This document shows, one piece after another, positions 10,625 to 19,449 of a DNA stretch of 64,000 bases (position 1 is the stretch's first letter; every line of letters starts with the position of its first letter). Location: NCBI GenBank assembly GCA_946407735.1, contig CAMJPL010000001.1, positions 88,182 through 152,181 on the forward strand, given 5' to 3'. A program made the position numbers and the translations under genes. The notes below the pieces were generated by a model, which worked only from the letters and a program-made list of their open reading frames with translations, did no database searches and was not told where the DNA came from. This stretch comes from an uncultured Clostridia bacterium. GTDB taxonomy: Bacteria > Bacillota > Clostridia > Oscillospirales > CAG-272.

Positions 10625-10694
10625 CCAAAAGTTTTGGCCGGAAAGGGGTGCAGGGGGAAACCTGCCTTTTTCAAAAGGCGGGTTTCCCCCTGCA
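10625..10694 (+). repeat. Palindromic intergenic repeat, copy A
   Basis: CCAAAAGTTTTGG...GGGG flank plus core TGCAGGGGGAAACCTGCC...GGCGGGTTTCCCCCTGCA (10649-10694). Confidence 0.75.
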
Positions 10695-10723
10695 AAATCA
10701 ATGCTTCTTCGTACCCATCCCCG

Positions 10724-12472
10724 TTACTTCTTATCTGCCCGGAGACGCTTGCACAGCTCGGGGTCGGGGGAGACGTAGGCGGTCTTGTTCGTATGATAGA
10801 TCACGAAGCCGGGGCGGGAGCCGTTCGGCTTTTTGATATAGCGGATCGGCGTGTAGTCGACGGCCACGTTCTCGCCCTCGCCCGCCTTGCTGTTGGTCGC
10901 GGCGATGATCGCCGCCTGCGTCATGTCCTCGTCGGGAGGCGTCACACCGCCGCAGCGTATCACGACGTGCGAGCCGGGGATGTTCTTCACATGGAACCAG
11001 ATGTCGCCGTCGCCTGAGAGCTTTGTCGTGATGTAGTCGTTCTGCGAGTTGTTCTTGCCGCAGAGCACCTCGTAGCCGCCGGAGGTCATGAAGCGCATCG
11101 GCTTCGGCTTCTGCGGCTTCTGAGCCACGTAGTTCTTCATCCGTGAGGCGTAGCCTGACTCGTAGAGCTCGCGCCGGATGTCTGATATGTCGCTCTCGGT
11201 CTCGGCGCGGGTGAGAGAATCGAATACGGTGTAGATGTAGTCGAGCTCCCGCTCGGATATCGCGATCTGCTTCGCAAGCTCTATCTCGGCGGTCTTCGAT
11301 TTGTTGTACTTCTTGTACCACTTCTGAGCATTCGCCGACGGCGAGAGGAGCGGATCGAGCGGCACGTTTACCTCGGCCGGCGGATCCTGCGACCAGTCGG
11401 TCAGCTTCGCCGACTTCATCCCGCGCTGAACGGCGTAGATGCTGCCGATGATAAGGTCGCCGTACAGCTTGTATTTCTGCTTGTCGGCGCATTTTTCGAT
11501 GTCCTGCCTCTGCAGGGCAGTCTTTTTCTTTAAGCGCGTCTCGATGTTCGTCAGCAGCCGCAGAAGGTCTCCCGCCCGCTGATGGATCCGCTCCGCCTTC
11601 TCCTTTTCCTCGAAGAATTCGTCGAGCAGAGCTCCGAACGACGGCACCGTCTCGGCTGTGAGCGCGCCGCCGTACTGCTTTATCGGCAGCCACGAGTAAT
11701 CGGAGGGCTTTCCCGGCGCGCCGTCGGGCAGAGGCTGACGCAGCATGACGGGCGTGAAGCGGCGCTCTCTGACGACCGAGATCACCTCGTCGAACGCCTC
11801 CCAAAGCGCCTCGGGAGCCTTCGATTTCGCGCGGAAGGCTATCTCCTGCGAGATCAGCCCCGAGATACCGAGGTATTTCGTCATTATGAACTTGTCCGGC
11901 GGAAGGTCGGTGTCGCCGTAGAGGCGAAGGAAGGTCTCTCTGTCGGCGCAGAGCGGATCGAGCTTGTCCTGCTTCGGCGGAAGCTCGTATCTCATGCCGG
12001 GAAGGATCGGGCGCTTCTGGTTCACCGACAGCTCGATCGTGCGTATCGCCGCCGTGATCCTGTGCTCGCTGTCGCAGAGGATGAAATTCGAGTATTTGCC
12101 CATGATCTCGACGATGATGTACTTCTGCGACGCGTAGCCGAGCTCGTCATAGCCGTCCACCGTGATCTCGAGCGCGCGCTCGAAACCGAACTGCCTCACC
12201 GAGCGTATCTTCGAGCCCAGCAGGTGCTTTCTCAGCAGCATGCAGAACATCGGCGGCTCGGCAGGGCTGTCGAAGGAGGCCTCGGTCAGGTTTATCCTCG
12301 GCGTGTTTGAGGTGCACGAGATAAGGAGGCGCGTAGTCCTGCGCTCGGCCGAGCGCAGCTGTATGACGACGACGTCTTTCAGGGGCATCTGTATCTTTTC
12401 TATCTTGGATTCGGATGTCAGCCGGTCGAGCTCGTCGACCACGGCCGCCATCATTCCGGCGTCAAAGGGCAT
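10724..12472 (-). CDS. rqcH: Rqc2/RqcH-family NFACT protein (fibronectin-binding A-like)
   Basis: MPFDAGMMAAVVDELDRL..., KYSNFILCD, C-terminal NFACT-R-like IWFHVKNIPGSHVVIR...VDYTPIRYIKKPNGSRPGFVIYHTNKTAYVSPD. Confidence 0.92.
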   Translation of the reverse strand: MPFDAGMMAAVVDELDRLTSESKIEKIQMPLKDVVVIQLRSAERRTTRLLISCTSNTPRINLTEASFDSPAEPPMFCMLLRKHLLGSKIRSVRQFGFERALEITVDGYDELGYASQKYIIVEIMGKYSNFILCDSEHRITAAIRTIELSVNQKRPILPGMRYELPPKQDKLDPLCADRETFLRLYGDTDLPPDKFIMTKYLGISGLISQEIAFRAKSKAPEALWEAFDEVISVVRERRFTPVMLRQPLPDGAPGKPSDYSWLPIKQYGGALTAETVPSFGALLDEFFEEKEKAERIHQRAGDLLRLLTNIETRLKKKTALQRQDIEKCADKQKYKLYGDLIIGSIYAVQRGMKSAKLTDWSQDPPAEVNVPLDPLLSPSANAQKWYKKYNKSKTAEIELAKQIAISERELDYIYTVFDSLTRAETESDISDIRRELYESGYASRMKNYVAQKPQKPKPMRFMTSGGYEVLCGKNNSQNDYITTKLSGDGDIWFHVKNIPGSHVVIRCGGVTPPDEDMTQAAIIAATNSKAGEGENVAVDYTPIRYIKKPNGSRPGFVIYHTNKTAYVSPDPELCKRLRADKK

Positions 12473-12505
12473 ATATCTTTCCTTCCGGTGTCAAAAATCG
12501 GTGAT

Positions 12506-13294
12506 TCATCTCATGTGCACGTCCATCTGCGGGAACGGTATCTCGAGCCCGGCTCTGTCCAGCGCCCGCTTCCCGCTTTCCAGCAGGGCGAATCTGACGC
12601 TCCAGTAGTCGGATGACGCGCACCACGCGCGGACGGTGAAATCGAGGCTGCTCGAGGCGCATTCGGTGAGCAGGACCTGCGGCGCCGGATCGGAGAGGAT
12701 CTTGTCGGCGCCTTCGACGACATCCTGCAGGGTCTTTAATACAAGATCCATGTCCGACGAGTAGCTGACGCTGAACACGACGTCGACGCGCCTCGTCCCC
12801 TCGCGGGTGTAGTTTATTATCGGCGTGTTGGTGAGAGAGCTGTTCGGCAGGGAAATGTGCCGGTTGTCGTATGTCGTCATTTCGGTGTAGAAGGTCCCGA
12901 TGCTTCTGACCGTCCCTTCCTCGCCGCCTGCCTTTATGAAATCTCCCGCCCTGAACGGCTTGAGGATCAGTATCGTGATCCCCCCGACCAGGTTGCTTAT
13001 CGCCCCCTGAGCCGCCAGGCTGACCGCAACGCCTGCCGACGCGAGTATCGTGATGAAGCTGGTGAGCGGCACTCCGAGCACGCCGGCCGCCGATATCCCG
13101 ACGGCGGTGTAGAGAAGCGCCTTCAATATCGTCCTTACCATCCCCGCGGCGGAGGGATCGAGCTTTTTGAAGGCCTTTCCGCGGCAGACGAGCTTTATGA
13201 TCAGCTTCGAGACGACGATCCCTGCCGCGAGCACGGCGATGCCGCCGAGCAGACGCATCCCCTCAAGCTGAAGAGTCTGAATTATATTATCCAT
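12506..13294 (-). CDS. MscS-family mechanosensitive ion channel
   Basis: GVLGVPLTSFITILASAGVAVSLAAQGAISNLVGGITILILKPFRAGDFI; start chosen at internal Met (MDNIIQ), track ORF extends to 13360. Confidence 0.88.
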   Translation of the reverse strand: MDNIIQTLQLEGMRLLGGIAVLAAGIVVSKLIIKLVCRGKAFKKLDPSAAGMVRTILKALLYTAVGISAAGVLGVPLTSFITILASAGVAVSLAAQGAISNLVGGITILILKPFRAGDFIKAGGEEGTVRSIGTFYTEMTTYDNRHISLPNSSLTNTPIINYTREGTRRVDVVFSVSYSSDMDLVLKTLQDVVEGADKILSDPAPQVLLTECASSSLDFTVRAWCASSDYWSVRFALLESGKRALDRAGLEIPFPQMDVHMR

Positions 13295-13526
13295 GGCACT
13301 GCATTCGATGTAATATCGGCTGTATGGAAAAAGTATAGCATATATCGGCTGGAATTTCAATCCGAATTGATGAAAAAAGACTTAAGATACGGGAAAATCG
13401 GTGAGATCAAATCGTCGGGAGAAATTCGCCGCCGCTATTGCAATGAGAGTGGAAATGTGGTATAATGTCGAAAGAAACCAAATCGCGTTTATATACAACA
13501 ATTTCACGGAAAAGGAGATTCAGGCC

Positions 13527-14780
13527 ATGTCGAAAAAACTTAAGGTCGGCGTATTCGGCGGCGCCCGCGGCCGCACAATGATCGAGGTGCTGCTGCATCA
13601 TCCCGACGCCGAGCTCGTCGCGGTATGCGACAAGTACAGGCCGCTGCTCGACGACGTTCAGAAGCGCGCGGACGAGCTCGGCGTAAAGGTTGCCCTGTTC
13701 GAGAAATTCGACGATTTCTTCAACTGCGATATGGACGCCGTCGTTATGGCGAACTACGCGCACGAGCACAGCGTTTTCGGGACGAAGCTGCTGCGCTCCG
13801 GCAGGCATATCCTCTCCGAGGTTCTGCCGTGCGAGAACATGGCGCAGGCGGTCGACCTCATCGACGCCGTCGAGGAATCCGGCAAGGTGTACGCCTACGC
13901 CGAGAACTACTGCTATATGCAGCACTGCTTCGAGATGTGGAAGCGGTACAAGAGGGGCGATATAGGCGAAGTCATGTACGCCGAGGGCGAGTACGTCCAC
14001 AACTGCGCCGCCATCTGGCCGCAGATCACCTACGGCGAGCGCGATCACTGGCGCAACAACATGTTCCCGACCTTCTACTGCACGCATTCGCTCGGCCCGA
14101 TGCTCACCATCACGAACACCCGCCCGGTGAAGGTCGTCGGCTTCGAGACAAAGCCTCTCGAGAAGATGCGTGAGCTCGGAACGTACGGCGGAGCCGGTCT
14201 TGAGATCGTCACCGTCGACAACGGCGCCGTCTTCAAGTCGATCCACGGCGGTCTCACCCGCGAGCCGTCGAGCGTCAACTACGAGATCTACGGCCAGAAG
14301 GGAATGATGGAATCCTCGCGTCTCGACGGCAAGGTGCTGAACGTCTACCGTGAGACCGGCGCCGTCTGCCGCGGCGAATGGGAAAAGTACGATCCGGTAA
14401 ACGAGATAGCGACCGAAAAGGCGAAGTATTTCTCCGGCCACGGCGGCTCCGACTTCTACTCGACTCATTTCTGGATCGAGAAGATCCTCGGCAATCCCGA
14501 CGGAGAATGGTCGATAGACGTCTACCGCGCCGTCGATATGGGCATATGCGGCATACTCGCCTGGCGCTCCGTCGTAAACGGCAATATCCCGATCGAGGTA
14601 CCGGATCTGAGAAACGTCGCCGAGCGCAACAAGTACCGCTACGACACCATCGGCACCAATCCGAATTTCGCTTCGGGCAAGGATCTGCTGCCGAAATCCA
14701 CCTTCGGTCAGCCCGACATCCCCGATTCGACGTATGAATACGTCCGCCAGCTCTGGCTCGACGGGAAGAACGCCGAATGA
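13527..14780 (+). CDS. Gfo/Idh/MocA-family oxidoreductase
   Basis: MSKKLKVGVFGGARGRTMIEVLLHHPDAELVAVCDKY, SEVLPCENMAQA. Confidence 0.85.
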   Translation: MSKKLKVGVFGGARGRTMIEVLLHHPDAELVAVCDKYRPLLDDVQKRADELGVKVALFEKFDDFFNCDMDAVVMANYAHEHSVFGTKLLRSGRHILSEVLPCENMAQAVDLIDAVEESGKVYAYAENYCYMQHCFEMWKRYKRGDIGEVMYAEGEYVHNCAAIWPQITYGERDHWRNNMFPTFYCTHSLGPMLTITNTRPVKVVGFETKPLEKMRELGTYGGAGLEIVTVDNGAVFKSIHGGLTREPSSVNYEIYGQKGMMESSRLDGKVLNVYRETGAVCRGEWEKYDPVNEIATEKAKYFSGHGGSDFYSTHFWIEKILGNPDGEWSIDVYRAVDMGICGILAWRSVVNGNIPIEVPDLRNVAERNKYRYDTIGTNPNFASGKDLLPKSTFGQPDIPDSTYEYVRQLWLDGKNAE

Positions 14781-14836
14781 GCAGACGATTGAACAGTTTA
14801 ATAGAATAATATCAAGGAAGCTTCAGGTGACAGCAA

Positions 14837-15466
14837 ATGCCGGCAAGAACCATCATCACGGCCCATTCCGGCTGTGAAAACACCCCTCCGAACTCCCGTG
14901 AGTTCATAGAGAAAGCCTTTGACGTTCGCTGTGAGATGCTTGAGATCGACATAAACCGCGACGGCGATCTTCTGTATCTCTCACATGACAAGGCCGATCC
15001 GTCCTCGTGCGTGTCGTTTGAGGAATTTCTCGATATGCTGTCCTTGCACCCGGACGTTCGGGTGAACTGCGACATGAAGGAGGAGGGCTGCTGCGGGATG
15101 GTCATGTCCGCGGTCAGCAGACGCGGGATGGCCGGGCAGATCGTCTTCACCGGAAGCGCGCACTCCGAGGAAGCCGACATCCGCGCTTCGGGCGGCGAGT
15201 TCTGGTACGGCCTGAGGGACGGTGAGGATCTCGAAAACGCCGTTTCGTCATGCCTTAAAACCGGAGCGAAGATCATAAATCTTCAGTCGTTCGTCGTAAC
15301 GGATGAGACAAAGCGTCGCCTCGATTCCCTCGGACTAGGGTTCTCCTGCTGGACTATCGACAGTGAGGATGAGATGCGCCGCCTTCTGTCGCTTGGCGTT
15401 TACAACATCACCACCCGCAGACCGTATGCGGTCATGCGGATAAGGGATGAGATACAGGGGAAATAA
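14837..15466 (+). CDS. Glycerophosphodiester phosphodiesterase-like protein
   Basis: TAHSGCENTPPNSREFIEKAFD...LEIDINRDGDLLYLSHD and C-terminal FSCWTIDSEDEMRRLLSLGVYNITT. Confidence 0.78.
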   Translation: MPARTIITAHSGCENTPPNSREFIEKAFDVRCEMLEIDINRDGDLLYLSHDKADPSSCVSFEEFLDMLSLHPDVRVNCDMKEEGCCGMVMSAVSRRGMAGQIVFTGSAHSEEADIRASGGEFWYGLRDGEDLENAVSSCLKTGAKIINLQSFVVTDETKRRLDSLGLGFSCWTIDSEDEMRRLLSLGVYNITTRRPYAVMRIRDEIQGK

Positions 15467-15484
15467 GAGCGTAAACACACACAC

Positions 15485-15523
15485 ATCGGAGCCGCCCGCG
15501 CGTGGGCGGCTCCGATCTTTTTC
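15485..15523 (+). terminator. Intrinsic terminator
   Basis: ATCGGAGCCGCCC-gcgcgt-GGGCGGCTCCGATCTTTTT. Confidence 0.85.
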
Positions 15524-15629
15524 CGGCCGCGCGTCTATTTTTCAGTCGGCCCGGCAAATGCCTTGCTTTCTTCATATCGTTGTGGTATAATATCAGGTGA
15601 AATCACGAACTTGAAGAAGGAATCCGTCT

Positions 15630-17048
15630 ATGCCGATTGTCGCGGACATTTCGCGCGCCTCGAGACCCGAGGGGCGCGCTCACAGAATAACCACGCTGGC
15701 GCGTCTTGCTCTGCCGCCGATACTCGCCGAGCTTACCGCCACCGTGATGCAGTATATCGACTCCGCGATGGTCGGGAGTCTCGGCGCCGAGGCCAGCGCT
15801 TCGATAGGTCTCGTCTCCACCTCGACATGGCTTATCGGCGGCATGTGCATATCGGCGGCGGCCGGTTTCTCGGTGCAGACGGCCCAGTATATCGGCGCCG
15901 GACGCGAGGGTGAGGCGAGGCACGTTTTCAGGCAGGCTCTGCTGTTCTGCCTCGTGTTCGGGCTCATGATAGCCGCCGGATCGGCGCTTGTCAGCCCGTT
16001 TCTGCCGTCATGGCTCGGCGGCAGGCCGGAGATACTCAGAACGGCGTCGACCTATTTCCTCATCTGGGCGTGCGCCCTGCCGTTCGTCCAGTTCAGACAG
16101 CTTTGCGGCTCGATGCTGCAGTGCTCGGGCGATATGAAGACTCCGGCCGTGCTGAACGGTATGCTCTGCGTCTCGAACGTGGTATTCAACTTCTTCCTCA
16201 TCTACCCGACGCGGAAGATATTCGGTCTGACGATCCCCGGCGCCGGAATGGGCGTCGCGGGAGCCGCCCTCGGCACCGCGATAGGCGAGACGCTGATTTC
16301 GCTCATCATGGTATGGTTCGCCGTCTTCCGCTCGAAATCGCTGTCGCTTGTACGCGACGGCGGCAGCTGGAAGCCGGATATGCCGCTCATCGGCAGGGCG
16401 ATGAAGATATCATGGCCGACCGCCGTCGAGCATATCGTCGTCTGCGGGGCCTATGTCTGCGGAACGCTTATCGTCTCGCCGCTTGGCACCGTCCCAGTCG
16501 CCGCCAACTCCCTCGCCGTCACGGCCGAGAGCTTCTGCTATATGCCCGGCTACGGCATCGGATCGGCGTCGACGACTCTCGTCGGCCAGTCGCTCGGAGC
16601 CGCGAGCGGCGGCGATCCCGATACGGCAAAGTCCGCCGCGAGGCGCTACTCGAATACCGGCGTGATCATGGGCATGGCCGTTATGGCGGCCGCCGGAGCG
16701 CTCATGTTCATAGCCGCGCCGCTGATATTCTCAATGCTCACCCCGGATGAGGGTGTGAGAGAGCTCGGCGTCGCGATCCTGAGGATCGAAGCCTTCGCCG
16801 AGCCGCTTTACGGAGCCGCGATAGTCTGCTCCGGCGCCATGAGAGGCGCGGGAGACACGCTGGTGCCGAGCATCATGAACCTCGCCTCGATGTGGGGCGT
16901 GAGGATCCCGCTCGGCTTCATCCTCGTGCCGAAGATCGGGCTCGCCGGCTACTGGATCGCGATGGCGACAGAGCTTTGCTTCAGGGGGATCATCTTCCTT
17001 GTCCGTTTGCTGCGCGGCAGATGGCTCGACAAGGGAGTGAAGATATGA
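15630..17048 (+). CDS. MATE-family efflux transporter
   Basis: ARLALPPILAELTATVMQYIDSAMVGSLGAEASASIGLVSTSTWLIGG plus multiple TM segments and second MATE half. Confidence 0.92.
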   Translation: MPIVADISRASRPEGRAHRITTLARLALPPILAELTATVMQYIDSAMVGSLGAEASASIGLVSTSTWLIGGMCISAAAGFSVQTAQYIGAGREGEARHVFRQALLFCLVFGLMIAAGSALVSPFLPSWLGGRPEILRTASTYFLIWACALPFVQFRQLCGSMLQCSGDMKTPAVLNGMLCVSNVVFNFFLIYPTRKIFGLTIPGAGMGVAGAALGTAIGETLISLIMVWFAVFRSKSLSLVRDGGSWKPDMPLIGRAMKISWPTAVEHIVVCGAYVCGTLIVSPLGTVPVAANSLAVTAESFCYMPGYGIGSASTTLVGQSLGAASGGDPDTAKSAARRYSNTGVIMGMAVMAAAGALMFIAAPLIFSMLTPDEGVRELGVAILRIEAFAEPLYGAAIVCSGAMRGAGDTLVPSIMNLASMWGVRIPLGFILVPKIGLAGYWIAMATELCFRGIIFLVRLLRGRWLDKGVKI

Positions 17049-17064
17049 AAGGGAGGGGTGAAAT

Positions 17065-17835
17065 ATGCTGACAGACGGCGAGATGCTGATGACCGCTATG
17101 ACGCAGTCGGCGTACGATACCGGCGCCGAAGCGTCGGACTTCACGCGGGAGGAAAACGTGATCGTCAGCCCGAAAAACGATCCGCGCGCCAAGGTGTTCT
17201 TTGCAGATCCTCCCGCCTGCAATCTCGTTTCATATGGGAAAAACGTCGTCGCGTCGGTAAAGGACGAATACCGAGATGAAGTCGGGCGGTATATCGGCGG
17301 GGCGGCGTGGTACAGCTGCTTTGAGACGCCGTATATGCACCGCCTTGACGACGCGATGAGAAAGCTCGGGCAGCGCGTCTGCTTTATGGCCGAGTACTGG
17401 CTCCCCGAAGCCGACCGCCTGAAGCGCCTTGAGTGCGGGTATGAGATGCGTCTGCTCATGCCGGAGGATTTTTCCGGGCTTTACACGCCCGAGTGGCATA
17501 ACGCCCTCTGCGCCGACCGCCGGGAGCGCGACGTCCTCGCTGTCGGCGCCTATGACGGCGGAAAGCTGATAGGGCTCGCCGGATGCTCGGCCGACTGCGA
17601 GGATATGCTGCAGATAGGAGTCGACGTGCTGCCGGAATACAGAAGGCGCGGCACAGCTTCTGCGCTGACGTCCCGGCTGGCTCTGGAGATCATGGACATG
17701 GGAAAGGTGCCGTTCTACTGCTGCGCGTGGTCGAACATACCGTCGGCGAGGAACGCGTACCGAAGCGGTTTCCGCCCAGCATGGGTAGAGCTTACGGTAA
17801 GGGACGAGGCTTTTGCCGAAAAAATATCGCATTGA
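17065..17835 (+). CDS. GNAT-family N-acetyltransferase
   Basis: C-terminal VLPEYRRRGTASALTSRLALEIMDMGKVPFYCCAWSNIPSARNAYRSGFRPAW. Confidence 0.82.
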   Translation: MLTDGEMLMTAMTQSAYDTGAEASDFTREENVIVSPKNDPRAKVFFADPPACNLVSYGKNVVASVKDEYRDEVGRYIGGAAWYSCFETPYMHRLDDAMRKLGQRVCFMAEYWLPEADRLKRLECGYEMRLLMPEDFSGLYTPEWHNALCADRRERDVLAVGAYDGGKLIGLAGCSADCEDMLQIGVDVLPEYRRRGTASALTSRLALEIMDMGKVPFYCCAWSNIPSARNAYRSGFRPAWVELTVRDEAFAEKISH

Positions 17836-17857
17836 CGCCGCAAAGAGGGGGAAAACC

Positions 17858-19129
17858 ATGGTATATGTGAATGATTATCTGTGCGGGAGCGACAGCGAGA
17901 GCATCGAACGGGCGATGGCGGCGAGGGACAAAGACGGGATCGTGGTCTTTGCTCCGAGAGAGTCGGATTCGGATCCCGGGCGAAATTACTGGCTTATAGA
18001 CCGCGCGATACTTCTGCCGGAGAAGACGACCGTCATACTGAGAAACTGCGACATAAAGCTCTCCGACAGATGCCGCGACAATTTCTTCCGAACGGCGAAC
18101 TGCGGCTTCGGCTTCCCCTATCCGAAGCCGATAAGCGGAGTCCATATAAAAGGCGAAGGGTTCTGCCGCCTCATCGGCGCCGATCATCCGAGGGCGTCCG
18201 GCGATAGCTCGAAGACGCTTCACGCCGTCTGCCCGTTCACGCCGGAGGATCTCTGCCGGTACGCCGACTGGATCCCGGAGGAGCGCCGCTCTCCCGATAA
18301 GCTCGATTTCTGGGATCAGCACGATCACTCATACGGAACCGATGCTCTCGATCCGAATGAATCGCATTACGGCGACTGGCGGGGGATAGGCGTGCTTCTG
18401 GCAAACTGCACCGAGTTCTCGGTCGAGGGTATAAAGATCGTCGACTCCCACGGCTGGGGGATATCGCTTGAGGCCTGCTCTTACGGCGTCATAAGGGACA
18501 TTGAGTTCGACATGCGCATGTCGAAGACGATAGACGGCATGCTGTCGAATATGGAAAATCAGGACGGCATAGATATCCGAAACGGCTGCCATCATATCAC
18601 CGTGTCTGGGATAAGGGGCGAGACCGGCGACGATATGATCGCTCTCACCGCCATCGTGCCGGACAAAGAGACATATACTCCCGGCGGCTCGCTCAGATCG
18701 ACTCACGTCATGCACAACGACTGGACGCGCAGGGAGCGGGACATACACGATATCATCATCTGCGGCGTCGTCGGTCATTCGTATCTCTGCTTCCTTCTGC
18801 GCCTGCTCCCGGCAAACACGAGGATATACAATGTCGTGATAGACGGCCTGATCGACATTTCAAGGCCGATAGACCATCCTTACGGCGGGACGCTCCTTTT
18901 AGGAGACGGCGGCGGCTACGGAGAGAACCATCCCGAAAGCATGAGCGCGATATCAATAAGCAACGTCGTCTGCTCAAGCAACCGCGCCGTCTGCGTCGAG
19001 GGATATCTTAAGGATTCCTGCATATCGAACCTCATAAACAACAATCCCGCCTGCGAGGCGGTGAGCGTGTCGAGAGAGAACGGCATGGAGAACGTCATGC
19101 TGTCTAACATCGTGCAGAGAGGGAGATGA
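17858..19129 (+). CDS. Right-handed parallel beta-helix / pectate-lyase-fold protein
   Basis: EGIKIVDSHGWGISLEACSYGVIRDIEFDMR...NQDGIDIRNGCHHITVSGIRGETGDDMIALTA; start at internal ATG 17858. Confidence 0.75.
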   Translation: MVYVNDYLCGSDSESIERAMAARDKDGIVVFAPRESDSDPGRNYWLIDRAILLPEKTTVILRNCDIKLSDRCRDNFFRTANCGFGFPYPKPISGVHIKGEGFCRLIGADHPRASGDSSKTLHAVCPFTPEDLCRYADWIPEERRSPDKLDFWDQHDHSYGTDALDPNESHYGDWRGIGVLLANCTEFSVEGIKIVDSHGWGISLEACSYGVIRDIEFDMRMSKTIDGMLSNMENQDGIDIRNGCHHITVSGIRGETGDDMIALTAIVPDKETYTPGGSLRSTHVMHNDWTRRERDIHDIIICGVVGHSYLCFLLRLLPANTRIYNVVIDGLIDISRPIDHPYGGTLLLGDGGGYGENHPESMSAISISNVVCSSNRAVCVEGYLKDSCISNLINNNPACEAVSVSRENGMENVMLSNIVQRGR

Positions 19130-19174
19130 GCGGGAACGGCTTCGCTCAGATCCTGCTTCATAACCGAATAATAA

Positions 19175-19216
19175 GCTCCGGCCCGGGATCATTCCGGGCC
19201 GGAGGTTCGTTTTTAT
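19175..19216 (+). terminator. Intrinsic terminator
   Basis: CTCCGGCCCGG-gatcatt-CCGGGCCGGAG followed by T-rich tract. Confidence 0.75.
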
Positions 19217-19449
19217 ATCTTCCCGTCCTTTTCCGCAGACTCGATCAGCCGCGCGAAGTCCTTCGCGCTCCAGCCGCCGGTCGGCTTTTCATGCCCGACG
19301 GCGTTGAAGAAGCAGGTCGGGATCTCGCCGAGCCGAAGGTTCTTCGCCACGCACGGGGCGCAGCCGAGATCGTGGTTGACGGGATTCAGCGGACACGATG
19401 TGTCGCCGCAGGTGCAGAAGGGAACGGAAACCGTTTTTTTGTCAGCCAT
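19213..19449 (-). CDS. Small Cys-rich conserved protein (DUF6485-like)
   Basis: 78 aa, CTCGDTSCPLNPVNHDLGCAPCVAKNLRLGEIPTCFFN; overlaps start region of downstream-coordinate yfhO-like ORF end. Confidence 0.6.
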   Translation of the reverse strand: MADKKTVSVPFCTCGDTSCPLNPVNHDLGCAPCVAKNLRLGEIPTCFFNAVGHEKPTGGWSAKDFARLIESAEKDGKI